NCBI GenBank assembly: GCA_964016885.1 | Contig: OZ024742.1 | Span: 351,478,001-351,542,000, forward strand | Reading direction: 5' to 3' | Length of the DNA stretch: 64,000 nucleotides | Source of the DNA: Eledone cirrhosa | Lineage: Eukaryota | Part shown: one piece after another, positions 15,596 through 28,042 of the stretch | Position numbering within the stretch: the first letter of the stretch is position 1 | Layout: each line of letters starts with the position of its first letter | Translations under genes and position numbers: made by a program | Notes under the pieces: generated by a model | What the model was told of the DNA's origin: nothing | Databases searched by the model: none | The model's input: only the letters and a program-made list of their open reading frames with translations

Positions 15596-17083
15596 ACATG
15601 TAGATAAAAAATAAGGTATATAAAAAAATAAGGTATATCTACAAAGGTTGTTTCCCTTGCTTATTTAATTATATCCTAGTACTGAAAGGTTGAAGTGTTT
15701 CTGAGCGCGAATGTATTTCTCTGCATAATGTGATCACAAATGTGAATATTTGATTATACGAATGATATTGGAATATTTCTAATGACAAACTGATGAAATT
15801 TCAATGCTGCTTAAGCAGAATCCCATGTTTTTGCAAAAGCATGTCTGTTTCAATATAATTTTACTCTCTCAGTAAATTGAATAACCCGGAGTCGGAATGT
15901 CAGAATTTAGTACATACACATGAGGTTACAGGTCCTATTCCTGCAGAGGTTGGCACTAACCAGGCAATGCATTTCCCATTATTCCCTTCTCAAATGCATT
16001 CCTATGTATTATTTACAGCCTAACACGTTTAGACACACACAATTTATCAACTCATATAGTTTGCGTTAACAATGGTATATACATTTCTTTACTATCTAAT
16101 ATATCAAGCACATTGATTTCAATTTCTGTCGTGCTTTATATGATATGGGGTTTTATATAGTCCCAAAATATAATCTTCTGAGACCCAGTTTACATGATAG
16201 ATGTCGATAGTACATTTACTTCACCACATCTGATAGTTCTTCATATATTATATATTGATCGGAATAAAATATTGAACAAAAGTTCTTGAATAATATTTGG
16301 TTTATACATGTGAAAGTAGACACACTTCTTGTCAGTGTCTGGATAAACTGACTTCATATTTCCTAGTTATTTCTTCTTGACACGAAGTAAGACAAAATCG
16401 CAATTATAAAATGCTTGTTTAGTTGGCTAAATTATAACTAGAAATCAGTATCCCTGCCCTTGGTTTCGAAAGTTCAGAGAGAAAGCAAAGGCTAATGTTG
16501 ATTCTGATCATCAATCATAATAAACATCACCAGATTGAGATTTCTACGGCAGAGTCATGCGGACATCTTGCCAGGCATTCTAAATATTACTCGATAATTA
16601 CTGGGATCAGAAGAAATATAGTCTATTATTAGTTTGACAAAGATGTTACAAGAGTTCAAGAAAGTCTCTTTTATCAAATATATCTCCAGTGAATATCATA
16701 ATTTGCTCACTAAAGAAGCGTAGCTTGGAGTTGAGGGGGATAAACCTTGAACAAATTAACAGTTGGCTTCAAATCTACATAGATATTTACTGGAGACATT
16801 TAAAATAATTATAATTTATTGAAAGTACTGAACGTTCGATATATAATATATACTGAGTATACTGAGTATAAGGCCTGCCACATGGCCCAGAATAATTCCT
16901 GTCTGTGTGGTTTATGTTCAAATTGTTTAGATTCTATTTTACATAGTTTGCAGTGCCAACATATTTGTTATTTATGAAGTATTTCCAGCATGGGTCGAAC
17001 AGAAATAAAAAAAATATAGATGTATGATTAAAGTATTTGTGTCCCACATATACAAACAAAAACACACGTATACTCACGCGAAT

Positions 17084-17163
<80 letters not shown>

Positions 17164-18091
17164 ACACATATAATATATATATAATATATATATATATAAT
17201 ATATATATATATGTGTGTGTGTATGTTTGTGTGTATGTATTGTTTAAACTGCATACTTGTGTGTACACCTACACGCAAACACATATATGCGCAGAGAAAA
17301 TTATATATTAATGTTTGTGCACGTACGTGTTACAGTATATATGTGTATTTACATACAAGCAAGCAAACCCACACGTTGTACCAATGTTTAGGCGGTTCAG
17401 AGAGGATACATCTGGTGGCACATAGATGGCAGCTGTAGTGCCCCATGTCATAGATTTGTAACAAGTTAAAATATACCACAAGGCATCACGTATGGCGCTA
17501 CGCCATCACAACCATAACCCATATAACTTTGAATAATAAGTTCCGTGTGCACATTTAGGTGTCTAGCGCCAGGATATGGAGACATGTCGGAATAAATGTA
17601 GGAAAGCAGTTTCTTTATCCGACGGTGACATGCTCCTGATAATAAGCCCGCAATGAACACGGTATAACACGGTGGTGACATGAACACATACACCAACAAG
17701 CAAATACACATTATAGTCTCCGTGGTGTTTAAATACTTGAGAATCCCTATAACGAAGTATATCTTAGCCAACCACAATTGGAAGCATGATTTTACATATG
17801 CACATTATATGTGTACGCATATAAACTCATCTAATTCATATACAGATATGCTGTTTTTTCATCGTCATATGTAGCTCTTGCTGCTGATACTCTATGTACA
17901 TATACACACTGACACGTACGCACGCAAAGACACACATTCACATATTTATTCTCACGCACGGGCACGCACAAATATATATATATCATCTCCTTATGTGAAG
18001 ATAGGCATTGTATTTACATCAGTAACTTAAGTATATATACACCCACATACATTTACACACGCCCGCATATGTCCTTCTGTTATTCATAATG

Positions 18092-18285
18092 GCTTCTGAT
18101 TTAGGCACAATACCAACAGTTTTGTTTGGGGGGGGGGAGTCGATTATATCTACCTCAGTGTGTCACTGGTACTTTAATTTTTCGTCCACGTAAGGATGAA
18201 AGGCAAAGCTATACTCTGCGGGATTTGAACTCGGAACGAATTTAAAGGGGCGTAAGTATATACCACGAAGCATATTGCTGGACAG
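18092..18285 (-). mobile_element. tRNA-derived SINE, diverged
   Basis: GTAAGGATGAAAGGCAAAG...GGGATTTGAACTC signature. Confidence 0.7.
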
Positions 18286-19735
18286 TCGTCTTTATAATAA
18301 TATCCTTTTGGTTCGTATTTCTAAATTGAAACCTACTTGCATAACACTCTGAATAGTCTCTTCTTTTCATTTTTTACGCTATTCTTTTCAATAATCTTAT
18401 ATTTCAGCAGCTGTGGTATTCAGTTATCTGTATACAATTTAATGGATATGCTGACATGGTTCCTATATAGGAATTATTCTGTAGTAGCTGGTCTCATCAA
18501 AATTTCTTTTATTTTAAAAGAAACGCCGTCTGGTTCCATCCATTTGGGAATATGCGCCCATTCAACCGAGATTATTAGTTCTCTTCACGAATGAGTTCTG
18601 GTTCCATGTGTGGCCATGGTAATTTTGGAAGCGAATGTTATGTTCAGTTGATGTTATATCCAATTTCTTGGGTGATCTCTTCATCTCATTAGTCATTTAA
18701 TTCTTTTATTTCACGTATATGTATATATATATATCTGATGAATACGTGTGCATATTTTAAATTTCTTTGAGATTATTGGAGGAATTTCGGGCGAAGTATT
18801 TTGTTTTGGTAAATATGACTATTTTACACAGTGTAATGCGTGCAGCGCTATGTATTTGAGGTATATATAACTAAAATTATAGAAATATATATTAGAGAAA
18901 CGAGTGATAAAAGTAAACTGATTTTATACACAATCACACACCGTATACTTGCCCATCAATTTGTTTATTTTTATAAACACGATGGGTATCTTCCCATAAG
19001 GAGGTGATTGGCGAGTCTAATGAAATCAAGTGCGCAATTTAGGTTTGGAATTTGATGGCAATGCCGGAAATACATATAGTACATTTGACGCCACCAAAGG
19101 CACAGGAATACATACTAGTTTGCGACAGAATTCAATGACAGACGACTAAACCAATTTTGCTGATATATTTTGTATGTCTGCCAAAGGAAGTTATCATTTG
19201 TTATGGTTGTTTTCAATTTGCATTACTATGGTTTGTTATTGCTCTTAGTGTATTTATGATATTTGTTGCAGATGTTTGTATATATAGTGAAAATTCAATA
19301 TAACATAGTTAACCTTTGGTGAGAAATATTAGGTGACTGCAGATTATAAAGTTATTATTTTCTTACGTATTAACACAAAAGGTAGTTAGATCTTTGACGA
19401 AATTGAAAATGCTACTAGCGCTAGTAGCAGATAAATATATTCGATTTTTTAAAATTAGATTCTTATGTTGGAAAGCAAAGTTTACATTTATGGTGGTTGT
19501 GTACATATATGTACATACAATATATAGATTATACATTTGCCCATATATGAATGTGTGTTGAGATATTCGATGATATTTGAACATGTACGCTATTTAAAGT
19601 CTACATCGAACTTATTTTATTTTTCTCTGAGCAGCTGTTTTGATTGATGAGGCAAATAACTGAATCTGTCTTCATTGATCTGAAATATGTAATCTTTGTT
19701 TGTACATGAGTACGTATATATATATATATATACAC

Positions 19736-19788
<53 letters not shown>

Positions 19789-19821
19789 GTGTGTATGTGT
19801 GTGCATCTATATATGTATAGA

Positions 19822-19866
<45 letters not shown>

Positions 19867-19956
19867 ATGTGTGTGCATCTATATATGCAAACTTTTATGT
19901 ATATACAAATGGAAGTCTACATTGACGCTTACATATATGTAAGTATCTATGCATAC

Positions 19957-19987
<31 letters not shown>

Positions 19988-20253
19988 CATGTGTGTGTGT
20001 GCGTGTGTGTGTGGGGGGGGGGGGGGTATGAGTACATGTATATGCGATGGGTATATGAATCTCTCTGATTAGCTATCTTAAGTATATTTAGAAGAAAATA
20101 ATTCTGAAGTGTACATCAAAGATTTCCGTAATGAATATAATTGCTAGCGTCTTGGGCACCACCCTATAAACCTTACCATCAAGATGTCTATATATCTACA
20201 AACAAAAATAATATCCGCACGCACACACGGAAATATATAGGTGTGGTGTGTGT

Positions 20254-20292
<39 letters not shown>

Positions 20293-20299
20293 CAAAAGT

Positions 20300-20339
<40 letters not shown>

Positions 20340-20355
20340 TATATATAAATATATA

Positions 20356-20974
20356 TAGGAAAATGTTCAGGACACCGACGGCAGAGCTGAAGCCGCTTCG
20401 ACGGCTATTTCTGGACTAAATTAGATCTTTAGCATGGTAATCCATAGACGAAATTCTCAAGGGGTAATTCCATACATGGTCATGCGATAATCATGCATGT
20501 CTGAAGGTGGTAGTTGTCAAAAGGATTGGTCAACACTTCTTGTAAACGCTGTTAAATCTTCACATGGAGGTGGGTAGGGGGTGGAGGTTGGCTGGACTTG
20601 CCTGTAGAACGGTGAGGGAAGGGGTGAAGCCGGTCAAGCGTTGAAAGTAAATTCTAAACAGCAAATTCTAATGAGTGTTAAATAGATTAGGCTAGCTAGA
20701 CAGCAGGCGAATGAAGAATTGTGGAGAAATCTCCGAGTGGGAAGTTATAAAATTAAAAGGTTAATAAATTAAAATAAAACAAATTAAAACATAAAAAAAT
20801 AGAGTCTAAAACAGCTGGTATATTTTTAGCTGGTATTGCGTTTTTGGCCAATGCTATATAGATTTTACGGGGATCGAGGTACTGAGGTTACAAAAGCACG
20901 CCGGGCTACCTCAGGGTAAGCGAAAGAGGAAAAAGGAACAAGAAGAGGAGAGGGAGTGGACATGTGTGGAATGA

Positions 20975-20975
<1 letters not shown>
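20356..20975 (-). mobile_element. Solo pLTR-like copy related to the 8265-9880 family, with decayed hammerhead
   Basis: 20356-20480 matches 8351-8475 (TTCGACGGCTA.TTCTGGACTAAAT, TTCTCAAGGGGTAATTCCATA). Its HHR reads GAAG instead of GAAA. Confidence 0.7.
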
Positions 20976-21044
<69 letters not shown>

Positions 21045-21398
21045 ATAAACATTGAGTGATATGCTTTGTTGATAAGTATTCAACAGAGTTATGTTCATAA
21101 CAAAAACATTGTATCTGGAGTAATAAATGGAAAATATATCACTATAGCATCATAGTTATTTCATTATACATATTTCAAGTATAGTAAAATATAGTACGCT
21201 TCCATCAGATGAAAGTTTGGGATTTAAATTAACATACCCATTGTAAGTGACCGTTGAGGCCTATATATTGGTCATGTCACTATCTTATACATCAAATATT
21301 GTATTTCATCTGATGAAAGCATACTATAATTTAGTATCCTTGAAATATGTATAATAAAACAAATATGATGCTATAGTGATATATTTTCCATTTATTAC
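21045..21398. mobile_element. Short fold-back pLTR-like element with hammerheads
   Basis: Inverted arms 21120-21214 and 21304-21398, plus a ~75-bp tail on the left arm. Confidence 0.75.
21304..21359 (+). ncRNA. Minimal type I hammerhead ribozyme
   Basis: TTTCAT-CTGATGA-AAGCATACTA taatt TAGTATCCTT-GAAA-TATGTA-TA-ATAAAA. The mirror copy at 21159-21214 (-) has CTGATGG. Confidence 0.7.
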
Positions 21399-21425
21399 TA
21401 TTGTTATATAGTAATAATAATAATG

Positions 21426-24400
21426 ATTTCTTTATTGGCCACAAGGGCTGACATCAAGAAAAACATTACAGACGGCACAGGACCGTACGATGTGGATTCT
21501 ATGTGTGTAAAGATTTTTATTATTTATATAAGAAAAGAAAAAAAAGACATAAGCCCCGGGCTGAAAGTTCTCCGGAAGAGAGCAAACAGCTGATCTTCTT
21601 TGACGCCCAGGATCTCTCAGAGAACGTCATCACTCTTCCCCTCCACTAGTCCTCTATAGAACGCCGAGGTGGATGTTCCACCGATACTGGTGCCAAACTG
21701 GCAGAGGGTGGTGAGCGCCTGGAGACATTGCAGTTTCCAAGCACTATCCCTCGGTCTTTTCCTGACCCGGACTGCAGTTCCGTCAAGGAGATGAGCTGTG
21801 GGAAAACGTGCCTGGCGAACGGCGACCATACCTATTCACCGTCAAGGAAGCACCAGAGATGTTGCAGCCTCAGCGCATGTTTGCGCATCGTCAGCCATGC
21901 CATGCCCAGTCCTCCACGCAACGGGTGTTGACAGCAGATGGATCATCTGACCTTGGGAGCGCAACCCTTCCACAAAAAACGAAAGAGGATGCGCTCTATT
22001 TTGGTGAGAGTTGGGCCGGGGCAAGCGACGACGGTGAGGCGGTAGCAGACGACGGATGCGATGTATGCCTTCGCCACATCGCCCGGCCATTCAGGGACAG
22101 CTTCCTCTCGTCCCATTTATGGGTGAGGGATGCCACCCTGCTCGTCACCTCGCTCCAGTTTTTCTACATCTGGAGGTCCGCTCCGAACCAGAACCCGAGC
22201 AATTTAACCGGTCCGAGCGTCCAACGCCCCACTACGCTGTCGGACGACATGGACTTGCCTCTCAAGGTGCCGAGCTGTAAGCCCACCGATTTTTCCTGGT
22301 TTATCTTCGCTCCTGTCACAGCTTCGTATTCCTTCAGAGTGGTGCCGAGCATCTGGACGTGTCAGGTGCTCGACGCCGTAACGGTGACGCCGTCAGCGTA
22401 AGCAGACTCGGATGTCCAGCATCCTAGTTCGCGTGGGACGCCCCTCGCCGCCCCCAGTTTGTGCAGTAACGGCTCGAGATCCAATACGTAAAAGAGGGAC
22501 CAGAGGGGACAACCCTGGCGGACCGAGCGCATGATGCTGAACGTCTGCGACAGGTGATCGTTCATCCTCACAACCGAGCAGATATCGTTGTACATCGCAG
22601 GGATCCAACCCCTGAAAACGGGCCCGAAACCGGCTGCCTCGAGGACCGCTGTCAGGTACCTTAACCCTCCTCTGTAAGATGTATCGCATGAGTTGGAGGT
22701 TGCCGTGTATGGATCTGTCCGGAATGGCATATATCTGCCCTTCTCCCACCATCTCCTCGACGACAAGCGCCAACTTCGTAGCTAACACCTTGGCCAAAAT
22801 CTTGAACTCTGCGTTTAGCAGAGTTATCGTCCTGAAGTTATCGACTACATTCCCCTTGTTCGGGTCTTTCTCAGCAGCACCACCGCTCACCGGCTCACAC
22901 AACTGGGAATGCTCCCGTTCTGCTGCCAGTTGCAGTAGACGTCTGCCAAGAGGTCACCGAACAAGTCTGGCATAAATGCATAAACCTGACGATTTACCGC
23001 TCGTGCAGTTTGCCATGACTTCCTTATTTCACCGGCTGTTATTGGCTTTTCGCAAAACTGTGCTGCGGTCGTCGAGAGTCGAGGCAGTGCGTCGAGGTAT
23101 GCACTGAAGTCCATACTCCGATCCGGCCCGCCGCTGCTCCCGAACAGTTCAGCAAAGTGCTGCTGAAAAGCCCCACACATCTGCTTGGGATCGAGCAACA
23201 CGCACCCGTTTTGGTCAGACAAAGACTGAATTGTGGCTTTGTTGCCACGTCGCGCCTCAGCCACCCAGGCCCATTGGACTAATTTCGTCCCCTCCTGTTT
23301 CAGAGCAAGCGTTTTATCGTTGGCAACGCAGCCTTCGTGTTTTGCGTTGAAGAATTGGTCGAGTGCCAATCTCGCCACAAGCACGTCGGTTGCGATGCAT
23401 GTCTAAACGCCTCTTCTAGCTTTCTGACTATCTCTCCAACTACTCTATTTTCATCTATCACTACTCCTTTGCTAAACCTAATCGACTCTATTTTAATTGC
23501 CCTTTTCAGGGCAAACCACCACATATTGTTGACGTCCGCTCCCGTCAACGTCCGCTTAACTAATACGCTAATCCGGTCTCTGTAGGCTTTGCGCACTGGG
23601 AAAGACGCGTTCAGCTTCCAGTAACCGGGTTCTTGTCTATGAAGTCTGTCTATATCAATCTCACAGATCACTAATGTGTGGTCTGTGTAGTCGACTATTT
23701 TAAATTGTGGACAACTTATACTAGCCTTATCTAGTTCTCTGCAGAATACCCTATCGAGATACCATCTGGATGACCCGATGCGGTTTGTCCATGTCCACAT
23801 TGGAACATTCGCGTGATCCAGTCGATACCTGTCAGACAGTTCAAAACGTCTGAGCGGGTTGATGAAGCTCTTGCATCCTCCTCCCCTATCCACTTGCCCC
23901 ACACAATCCCAGCGTGCATCTAAGATACCGTCCCAGTCGCCCACTAACACTAAAAAGCGGAACGATCCAAGAAATGTCTCTAGGCGTCTGAAGAAATCTG
24001 GCCGTCCAGCCCATGTTGCGGCGTAGACGGCTACTAGCCTGACACCATTGCCTTCGCTGCCGGCCACGTCCAGCACAACCGACTTACCTTCTGGGTCTAG
24101 GAAGATGGCCCCTATGTCGAGATCCAATCCTCTCCGAAAAAGGACGACAACCCCTCCCCCAAGTCTGAACGGCTGGGAGATGCGTATACATCGTACCTGC
24201 CGAAGATCGGTGCGAAGCTCGTGCTTCGGAGATTCTAGTCTCGCTGATGGCCATCACATCTATATTTAGTGACCTGAGGTCGTTGAGCAAGTGACCCTGC
24301 TTCCAAGATGATCCCAGGTCACGTGCATTTAAATTGCCTATTCTAAATACGGCCATGTTGGATGAGAAACGAAGCAAGTGAGAAAGCGTCAGTTACCTTG

Positions 24401-26539
24401 ATCGTGTGGTAAAGCGACGGTAGAACCTTCCCTTTGGCTGGTCATGGGTGTTTCCAAGAGGATGTCAGTGTATATCCTGTTGGTAACCGACCCACTGAAG
24501 TTTCCAAATCCGTTGGGGAATTTTTGTTTTAAAAGTTTGTACTGTTACTGTCCTATTTTGGTATCAATGATGCTTATGTTTGTCGGGAAAGTTCTTGGGG
24601 TTGGTGGGGTGTAGTAGCTTTTTTCTGCGATGTCTGTGTGCTGCTTTATATGTTGTATGAGTTCTTTATTGGCCATGTTTATGCCTGTGTACTGTTTTGG
24701 GGGGAGGGGTGATTTTGTTGCTGTTTTCTTCTTGTTGCTGTTGGGTGTGTGTGTCTTGTGTTTGCGTTGTTGGTGTTCTTGGTGTTGCTGGTGGTGGTGT
24801 GGTTGTTGTTGGTGGTGGTGCTTGTGGTGGTGATGGAGATGGTGGTGGTGTTGCTGCAACTCTCCTTGCAGCCTTTACCCCTCTTTGTGTGCCTTCGCTT
24901 TTGGAGGGTGAAGCTAAGGAGGTTTTTTCTTTTTTCTTTTTTGTGGCAGACCGTTTGCCACTTCAGTCCCGCCTCAGACTCCATGTCAGATTCCGTGGCG
25001 TCTGGGAGGGGTGTTATCTATACGGCTGTTGGTGGTTGTAATGGAGCCCTCTACGGCGATTTTTTTGCTGGTGCAGCTACTGCAAATGTAGCTACTGGTG
25101 TTGCCGTCACTGATACTGCTGCTTTAGTTGTCCGTGGCCTTGGTACGGTGCCACGGACGTTGCCCCCCTACTCACCGTGGAAGGGGCTTCTGCGCTGTCT
25201 TCTACGGGCAAAAGGCCGTGAGGTGACCTTTTGACCCACAGAGATAACATTTTGGCCGTCTTCCGTCCATGCTTATAGGGAGTTGGTGTCCTTCCTGGAG
25301 GTCTATGATATCGGGGATAGCGTCGATACACTCCTGGTCAGTTTGTATAAGCATTTGCATGCCTATACCTGACCAGTTCTCTTTCTCTATTTGCTCTACT
25401 TGCAGCATGGCCGCCCTATCCTCAATTCCAGCAAGGACAGACGCGGCCAGCCAAGGTATGGGCACGTAGGGTGGGACCTGGGTCACTTTGTCCCTCATAA
25501 TTTTCTGCCTGCAGTAGGAAGGCACCAAGACTGTCTCCCCACTCTTTAGGGTTTCCAAAGAGTGCGACTGTGATTCTTGGGGGTGGCGAAAAATACGTCT
25601 ACTGTGGCGTAATATCTGCCCGGGTTATGTGGATTTTGAGTCCCCAGACGCACCCCAAGGCCCTTTGGATTTGAGCCTTCGTGGCTCTCTCCACCCGATG
25701 TAACATTTTGCTTACGGTGAGGTAAGTCACCGCCCGTAGCTGCTGGTCCTTGAAACATTCGGGTGGAGGTTCAGGGAAAATCTGCAAAGAAGTGGTCTCT
25801 TTTTCAGCCGCACTACTATTGCTGCCGCTATTGGTCATGCTGGTGGTGCTGAGATTGCTGTTACAGGTATCGATGTCATTGTTGATGTTTTCGTTGGTAC
25901 TGTTGTTGCTGTTATTGTTGTTGTTGTTTTCGTTGATACTGTTGTTGTTGTTACTGTTATTGTGGCTGTTGTTATTATTGTTGTTTTTGTTGATACTGCA
26001 CCTGCTATTATTGTTGTTGTGGCTGTTGTTATTGTCATTGTTATTGTCGTTCTCGACCTTAAAGCTGTTATTTTTGTTGTTGATGTTGTTATTGATGGTG
26101 TTGTTGTCGGTGTTATTGTTGGTATTGTTTGTGTTAGAAATATTTGGTATTTTTAAATCTGTAACAATATCATTAAATATGATATTGTTCCTCTTTTCCT
26201 TCGTAATATTTTCTTTTATATTTACCTTCGCTAGAACGCTGTCTTGTTGATATGCTGACAAAGTATCCCTCTCTTTCTGTTGTCTGAAGGCGCTTTCTCT
26301 CTCTTTCTTGTGTCATCCATGTTGAAAGAATTTTTTTTTTTTCAAATAATATATTTACATAATACGATACCCCACAAAGGGGTGCCGTATTATTTAGGAG
26401 TGAACACCTGTATTAGGTGGGTCACTTCTTCTCAACTTTTATCAAGTTTAAAACTTGAATAAGAGGTTTAGAACGGTTGAAAACGAGGTAAACTTTTGAA
26501 AAAAACTGGAGGCGATAAGAAGCGTGGCTTCCCCTTCGA
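21426..26539 (-). mobile_element. Tx1-like L1-clade LINE, near full-length but frameshifted, flanked by (TAA)n
   Basis: ORF1 relic with CCHC knuckle CYLCGSKGHLTAFCP. ORF2 APE motifs IGNLNARDL, AISETR, YLDRVFC, YTDH, GYWKLN. RT motifs NFRTITLLNAEFKILAK, VRQGCPL, SAYADG. AATAAA then (TTA)n at the 3' end. Confidence 0.9.
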
Positions 26540-26557
26540 TAATAATAATAATAATAA

Positions 26558-26928
26558 TGCTTTCTTTATTAACCACAAGGGTTTACATAAAGTAGACATT
26601 AAGGACACTGCAGGACAATACAGGACGTACAAATGGGCATTTCTGCGTGTAAAAAACAAAAACAGAGGATGTAACAAAAAAATAACAATGAAAAATTCCC
26701 AATAGGGGCGAGACTTCCGAGGGAAATTTGTGGAGAAATCACATTAAAAGGCCACAGTGACCCTGACCACCAGGGCAAGTGCCTTCTCCCAGTTTTCCAC
26801 CATTAATTTACAGACACATACTCAGAGTAGGCCCATTCACTCGGGCCATTCATGCTTCTCTCACCCATCTTTCAACAACATGCTGGGAAGAGATCACTTC
26901 CCTCTCTACCCTGATTGTCCTTTTCAAA
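26558..26928 (-). mobile_element. 3'-end fragment of a second Tx1-like LINE
   Basis: TTTCTTTATTAACCACAAGGG parallels TTTCTTTATTGGCCACAAGGG at 21427; flanked by (TAA)n. Confidence 0.65.
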
Positions 26929-27007
26929 TGATAATAATAATAATAATATTAATAATTCTAATAATAATAATAATAATGATGATAATGATAATAATAATAA
27001 TAATGAT

Positions 27008-27745
27008 CTAATGGCTGCGCAAGAGCAGGCCTTCAAAACGAAGTGGGTGAAACACCATATTTACAAGGAGGAGGCTAGCCCACTGTGCAGGATCTGTGGA
27101 GAGATAGAGAGGAGGCTGTGGCTCACATTGTATCCGAGTGTAAACACGTAGCCCGGACTCACTATAAAGGCTGGAGACATGATGTGATGGGCAGGGTGAT
27201 CCACTGGCACCTATGCAAAGTAAACAATTTACCACATTCTGAGAAGTGGTATGATCATAAACCAGAGACGCTGATAGAAAATGATCAGGTGATGGTGCTG
27301 TGGGATTATAGGATACAGACGGACAAGAAACTGGAACAGAATAGACCTGACCTGGTGGTTTTGGACAAGGAAAAAAGATCGTGCCTGATTGTAGATGTAG
27401 CCTGCCCATTCGACACGAGAGTGCAAGAGAAGGAGAGGGAGAACATTAAACGATACCATGACTTAAAGTGGGAGGTAAAAAGGATTTGGAACTGCCATGA
27501 AGTCAAAGTGGTCCCGATTGTCAAAGGCGCACTAGGTACTATCTCAAAAAGTTTCCAGATATGGTTAAAGAAAATTGGCCCGCCCCGCTCTTTGGAACGC
27601 TTCAAAAGGCATGCTTGCTGGGAACAGCCAGAACCCTCCGACACGTCCTGACTATCTGAGGCTGCAGGTAGTGGCTTGATATTCATTTCAACAAACTTTC
27701 CAGCTAACTAACATCAATGTCTGAGACTCAAAGAACAATAATAAT
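27008..27745 (+). mobile_element. R4/Dong-like LINE 3' fragment (zinc knuckle + REL endonuclease)
   Basis: LMAAQEQA, CRICG..EAVAHIVSEC, RHD, LWDYRIQTD...NRPDLVV...IVDVACP, KRYHDL, VVPIVKGALG; (TAA)n on both sides. Confidence 0.88.
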
Positions 27746-27761
27746 AATCATTATAATAATT

Positions 27762-28042
27762 AATATGTCTTCTCATCACTCCAAACCTTACTCCAGGAGT
27801 TTTCAACTTCTTCTATGGACGGGGGGTGGGGGGCTTCAGTAATTATGTTTTTCCTACCTACGTATCTATAAAATGACTTGTCATTGGATGAGAACAACTT
27901 ATTTTGCCTGTAGAAGTTGTTTCGCTTCTTGAATCTACGAATTCGTTGGGCTTTTACTTGGACTTTTTGTTTAAGAGATTCTTTTGTGGAAACTATTGCT
28001 TCTCTAGAAGACAGTCTATATTTTCTCTTTAGCTTTCTTACC
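27762..28042 (-). mobile_element. Inverted 5' segment of an R4/Dong-like ORF
   Basis: The minus strand reads RKLKRKYRLSSREAIVSTKESLKQKVQVKAQRIRRFKKRNNFYRQNKLF, homologous to 32999-33226. Confidence 0.75.

Noticed and set aside
15895-15960. Possible tRNA gene
   Set aside because: Only a loose T-arm-like motif and no cloverleaf.
18734-18800. CTGATGA hammerhead-core match
   Set aside because: No pairing stem II followed by GAAA and no stem I.
25750-26250. Poly-Leu membrane-protein-like ORF on the plus strand
   Set aside because: It is the antisense reading of the (AAC/AAT)n tract in the Tx1 ORF1 region.
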